Shown one piece after another: positions 59,574-64,000 of a stretch of DNA of 64,000 nucleotides. The notes under the pieces are model-generated. The model was not told the DNA's origin, searched no databases, and saw nothing but the letters and a program-made list of their open reading frames with translations. Source of the stretch: Eledone cirrhosa (Eukaryota); assembly GCA_964016885.1 (NCBI GenBank), contig CAXHJY010001167.1, positions 10,620 through 74,619 on the forward strand, written 5' to 3'. Position numbers and translations under genes: made by a program. How positions within the stretch are numbered: the stretch's first letter is position 1; every line of letters begins with the position of its first letter.

Positions 59574-59640
59574 ATATATATATTTATGTATATATATATA
59601 TAATATATATATATATATGTATATATATATATGTATATAT

Positions 59641-59687
<47 letters not shown>

Positions 59688-59732
59688 GTACATATATATA
59701 TACATATATACATTATATATATATATATATAC

Positions 59733-59763
<31 letters not shown>

Positions 59764-59902
59764 CATATATATATACATATATATAATATACATATATATA
59801 TACATATATACATAATATATATAAATATATATATACATATATATATAATATACATATATATATGATATATATAGAATATACATATATATATATATATAAT
59901 AC

Positions 59903-59952
<50 letters not shown>

Positions 59953-60073
59953 CATATATATATATATATAATATATATACATATATATATATATACATAT
60001 AATATATATACATATATATATATACATATATATATATAATATATATATATACATAAATATATATATATACATG

Positions 60074-60128
<55 letters not shown>

Positions 60129-60153
60129 TACATATATAATATATATTACAATG

Positions 60154-60185
<32 letters not shown>

Positions 60186-60378
60186 CATATATATATTAGA
60201 AAGTGAGGTTTTTTTTACAAAAATGAAAAAATAACCGAGGTGTCCTACACGAGTGGAAGTATAAAGAAAAAGGGATGAGAATCGAAAATGCAACTGAAGT
60301 CTTATTTTTTTTTAAATATATATATTTATTTGGTTCCTTTACCGGTTTCGCAGTTCTTCTGCTTTTCAAAAGGTGAGT
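59139..60378. repeat. Second copy of the (TA)n-cored foldback
   Basis: Same arms as 51819-52914. Confidence 0.8.
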
Positions 60379-60718
60379 TGAGATGGAGGGTCTGTGGTTT
60401 TTCTCACATCTGGTTGGTCTCTAAATGTTACTTGTTTTATATGGAAAAAGTGGCTCGAAAACCAGGTTTTTCGAGAAGTAATTTGATTGGTTTGTCAATA
60501 ATTATAATAAATTTCGCGCCCACGATAATTTAATATATCAACTAACATAGGGCGCACAGATGCACGTCCATGCCAGCAAATACACAGGTTATGTCATAGT
60601 ACCTAGGTGGTTCAATAGCAGGAGGGTGCAGAACAATAATATAAAGAGACGTAAGATAAGAAAATATTTTTAAAAAAAATTAAAAAAAAATTTTTTTACT
60701 TACTTACTTAAATTTTTC

Positions 60719-60800
60719 ACTCCAACTAATTAGTTTCTGCAATGGGATAAAGACAGTTACGTAATCCAACTGTCGAGAATTCATTGCGTCATCAGGGAGT
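60719..60800 (-). ncRNA. Type I hammerhead ribozyme, unit 1
   Basis: Minus strand reads ACTCC-CTGATGA-C-GCAATG..GACAGTT..AACTGTC..CATTGC-A-GAAA-CTAATTAG-TT-GGAGT. Stem I is ACTCC/GGAGT, the cores are CUGAUGA and GAAA, stem III is palindromic, and the cleavage triplet is GUU. Confidence 0.75.
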
Positions 60801-61291
60801 CTATTCTCAGCTGAGTCTCCAGGCAATGCGCGGACACTGGCGGCTCATATAAAAATAAATAATAATTCGGTAAGAAAGAACAGCTTGGCGAGGACTGGAT
60901 TCCATGTACTTGAAATTCTCACTGCTTCTCAGTCAAATTGGGCCGATTCTAAAGAATCAATCACGTGACACAGAGGCTAGTTAGAAGGAATGGGATGGTA
61001 AGATGACTGACGCCTACTAACACCACAAAAAAAAAAATTTAGAAGTGGTTTTGATGGCGAGGGTTTGCTTCGACAAATCAGTGATTTGGAAGATAAATAT
61101 AGATAATTTAATATATCAACTAACATAGGCGCACAGATGCACGTCCATGCAGCAAATACACAGGTTATGTCATAGTACCTAGGTGGTTCAATGCAGGAGG
61201 GTGCAGAACAATAATATAAAAGACGAAAGATAAGAAAATATTTTTAAAAAAAATTAAAAAAAAATTTTTTTACTTACTTACTTAAATTTTC

Positions 61292-61373
61292 ACTCCAACT
61301 AATTAGTTTCTGCAATGGGATAAAGACAGTTACGTAATCCAACTGTCGAGAATTCATTGCGTCATCAGGGAGT
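61292..61373 (-). ncRNA. Type I hammerhead ribozyme, unit 2
   Basis: Identical motif to unit 1. Confidence 0.75.
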
Positions 61374-61862
61374 CTATTCTCAGCTGAGTCTCCAGGCAAT
61401 GCGCGGACACTGGCGGCTCATATAAAAATAATAATAATTCGGTAGAAAGAACAGCATGGCGAGGACTGGATTCCATGTACTGAATTCTCACTGCTTCTAG
61501 TCAAATGGCCGATTCTAAAGAATCAATCACGTGACACAGAGGCTAGTTAGAAGATGTAAATGTAAAATGGGATGGTAAGGATGACTGACGCCTACTAACA
61601 CCCAAAAAAAAATTTAGAAGTGGTTTTTGGCAGGTTTGCTCGACAAATCAGTGATTTGGAGATAAATATAGATAATTTAATATATCAACTAACATAGGCG
61701 CACAGATGCACGTCTATGCCAGCAAATACACAGGTTATGTCATAGTTACCTAGGTGGTTCAATGCAGGAGGGTGCAGAACAATAATATAAAAGACCGTAA
61801 GATAAGAAAATATTTTAAAAAAATTAAAAAAAGATTTTTTTTACTTACTTACTTAAATTTTC

Positions 61863-61945
61863 ACTCCAACTAATTAGTTTCTGCAATGGGATAAAGACAG
61901 TTACGTAATCCAAACTGTCGAGAATTCATTGCGTCATCAGGGAGT
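61863..61945 (-). ncRNA. Type I hammerhead ribozyme, unit 3
   Basis: Same motif with a 1-nt insertion in the distal stem II hairpin. Confidence 0.72.
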
Positions 61946-62424
61946 CTATTCTCAGCTGAGTCTCCAGGCAATGCGCGGACACTGGCGGCTCATATAAAAA
62001 TAATAATAATTCTGTAGAAGAGAACAGCTGGTGAGGACTGGATTCCATGTACCTGAAATTCTCACTGCTTCTAGTCAAATGGCCGATTCTAAAGAATCAA
62101 TCACGTGACACAGAGGCTAGTTAGAAGGAATGGGATGGTAAGATGACTGACGCCCTACTAACACCCAAAAAAAAATTTAGAAGTGGTTTTTGGCAGGTTT
62201 GCTCGACAAATCAGTGATTTGGAGATAAATATAGATAATTTAATATATCACTAACATAGGCGCACAGATGCACGTCCATGCCAGCAAATACACAGGTTAT
62301 GTCATAGTACCTAGGGTGGTTCAATGCAGGAGGCGTGCAGAACAATAATATAAAAGACGTAAGATAAGAAAATATTTTTAAAAAAATTAAAAAAAAATTT
62401 TTTTACTTACTTACTTAAATTTTC

Positions 62425-62507
62425 ACTCCAACTAATTAGTTTTCTGCAATGGGATAAAGACAGTTACGTAATCCAACTGTCGAGAATTCATTGCGTCATC
62501 AGGGAGT
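62425..62507 (-). ncRNA. Type I hammerhead ribozyme, unit 4
   Basis: Same motif with one extra A in the GAAA run (possible sequencing indel). Confidence 0.65.
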
Positions 62508-62982
62508 CTATTCTCAGCTGAGTCTCCAGGCAATGCGCGGACACTGGCGGCTCATATAAAAATAATAATAATTCGGTAGAAAGAACAGCTGGCGCGGACT
62601 GGATTCCATGTACTGAAAATTCTCACTGCTTCTAGTCAAATGGCCGATTCTAAAGAATCAATCACGTGACACAGAGGCTAGTTAGAAGGAATGGGATGGT
62701 AAGATGACTGACGCCTACTAACACCCAAAAAAAAATTTAGAAGTGGTTTTGGCAGGTTTGCTCGACAAATCAGTGATTTGGAGATAAATATAGATAATTT
62801 AATATATCAACTAACATAGGCGCACAGATGCACGTCCATGCCAGCAAATACACAGGTTATGTCATAGTACCTAGGTGGTTCAATGCAGGAGGGTGCAGAA
62901 CAATAATATAAAAGACGTAAGATAAGAAAATATTTTAAAAAAATTAAAAAAAAAATTTTTTACTTACTTACTTAAATTTTCC

Positions 62983-63064
62983 ACTCCAGCTAATTAGTTT
63001 CTGCAATGGGATAAAGACAGTTACGTAATCCAACTGTCGAGAATTCATTGCGTCATCAGGGAGT
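62983..63064 (-). ncRNA. Hammerhead unit 5 (GCU at the cleavage triplet; variant or error)
   Basis: Plus strand reads CTCCAGCTAATTAG instead of CTCCAACTAATTAG. Confidence 0.55.
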
Positions 63065-63224
63065 CTATTCTCAGCTGAGTCTCCAGGCAATGCGCGGACA
63101 CTGGCGGCTTTTTCAGTACATGGAATCCAGTCCTCTGCCAGCTGTTCTTTCTACCCGAATTATTATTATTTTTATATGAGCCGCCAGTGTCCGCGCATTG
63201 CCTGGAGACTCAGCTTGAGAATAG

Positions 63225-63307
63225 ACTCCCTGATGACGCAATGAATTCTCGGACAGTTGGATTACGTAACTGTCTTTATCCCATTGCAGAAACTAATTAG
63301 TTGGAGT
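63225..63307 (+). ncRNA. Type I hammerhead ribozyme, inverted unit A
   Basis: ACTCCCTGATGACGCAATG...CATTGCAGAAACTAATTAGTTGGAGT read directly on the plus strand. Confidence 0.75.
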
Positions 63308-63783
63308 GAAAATTTAAGTAAGTAAGTAAAAAAATTTTTTTTTAATTTTTTTAAAATATTTTCTTATCTTACGTTTTTTATATTATTGTTCTGCACCCTC
63401 CTGCATTGAACCACCTAGGTACTATGACATAACCTGTGTATTTGCTGGCATGGACGTGCATCTGTGCGCCTATGTTAGTTGATATATTACAATTATCTAT
63501 ATTTATCTCCAAATCACTGATTTGTCGAGCAAACCTGCCAAAACCACTTCTAAATTTTTTTTTTGGTGTTAGTAGGCGTCAGTCATCTTACCATCCCATT
63601 CCTTCTAACTAGCCTCTGTGTCACGTGATTGATTCTTTAGAATCGGCCATTTGACTAGAGAGCAGTGAGAATTTTCAGTACATGGAATCCAGTCCTCGCC
63701 AGCTGTTCTTTCTACCGAATTATTATTATTTTTATATGAGCCGCCAGTGTCCGCGCATTGCCTGGAGACTCAGCTGAGAATAG

Positions 63784-63865
63784 ACTCCCTGATGACGCAA
63801 TGAATTCTCGACAGTTGGATTACGTAACTGTCTTTATCCCATTGCAGAAACTAATTAGTTGGAGT
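63784..63865 (+). ncRNA. Type I hammerhead ribozyme, inverted unit B
   Basis: Same motif, 559 nt downstream of unit A. Confidence 0.75.
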
Positions 63866-64000
63866 GAATAATTAAGTAAGTAAGTAAAAAAATTTTTTTT
63901 TAATTTTTTTAAAAAATATTTTCTTATCTTACGTCTTTTATATTATTGTTCTGCACCCTCCTGCATTGAACCACCTAGGTACTATGACATAACCTGTGTA

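Larger units (their letters stand above)
60524..64000. repeat. Tandem array of ~560-bp hammerhead-containing monomers (~4.5 units in one orientation, then inverted from ~63110)
   Basis: Units start at GATAATTTAATATATCA (60524, 61102, 61671, 62234, 62793). Reverse-complement units run from ~63110 to the window end. No ORF of 60 aa or more inside. Confidence 0.95.

Noticed and set aside
60524-64000. 5S rRNA, snRNA or histone tandem array; telomeric repeat
   Set aside because: No recognisable 5S, U-snRNA, SL or histone sequence, and no TTAGGG tracts in the monomer.

Overview
Eukaryotic, AT-rich DNA dense in microsatellites and transposons. The SINE types and (TA)n/(TACA)n/(CA)n tracts suggest a cephalopod (Octopus-like) genome; this is inference. 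Nearly all long ORFs in the track are microsatellite translation artefacts. Supportable content: (1) two phase-compatible exons, 12483-12786 and 37989-38153, separated by a ~25 kb intron and encoding the N-terminus of a probably secreted alpha/beta-hydrolase-fold protein whose GxSxG elbow reads GHGEAG; (2) a near full-length Tx1/L1-clade LINE at 41491-47188 with a candidate TSD; (3) a Penelope-like (probably Naiad-type) RT + GIY-YIG element present as a ~4.6 kb palindrome at 53502-58110; (4) many SINEs, RTE-related non-autonomous elements, R4/Dong-, CRE- and RTE-type remnants, MITE-like foldbacks and a 37-bp minisatellite. The most striking feature is a tandem array of ~560-nt non-coding monomers at 60524-64000. 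Each monomer carries a type I hammerhead ribozyme fold with an extended stem II and a palindromic stem III, making it a candidate large non-LTR retrozyme (circRNA-producing) system next to a possible helper Penelope-like element. The last ~10 kb shows indel noise and fold-backs, so assembly artefact must be excluded.
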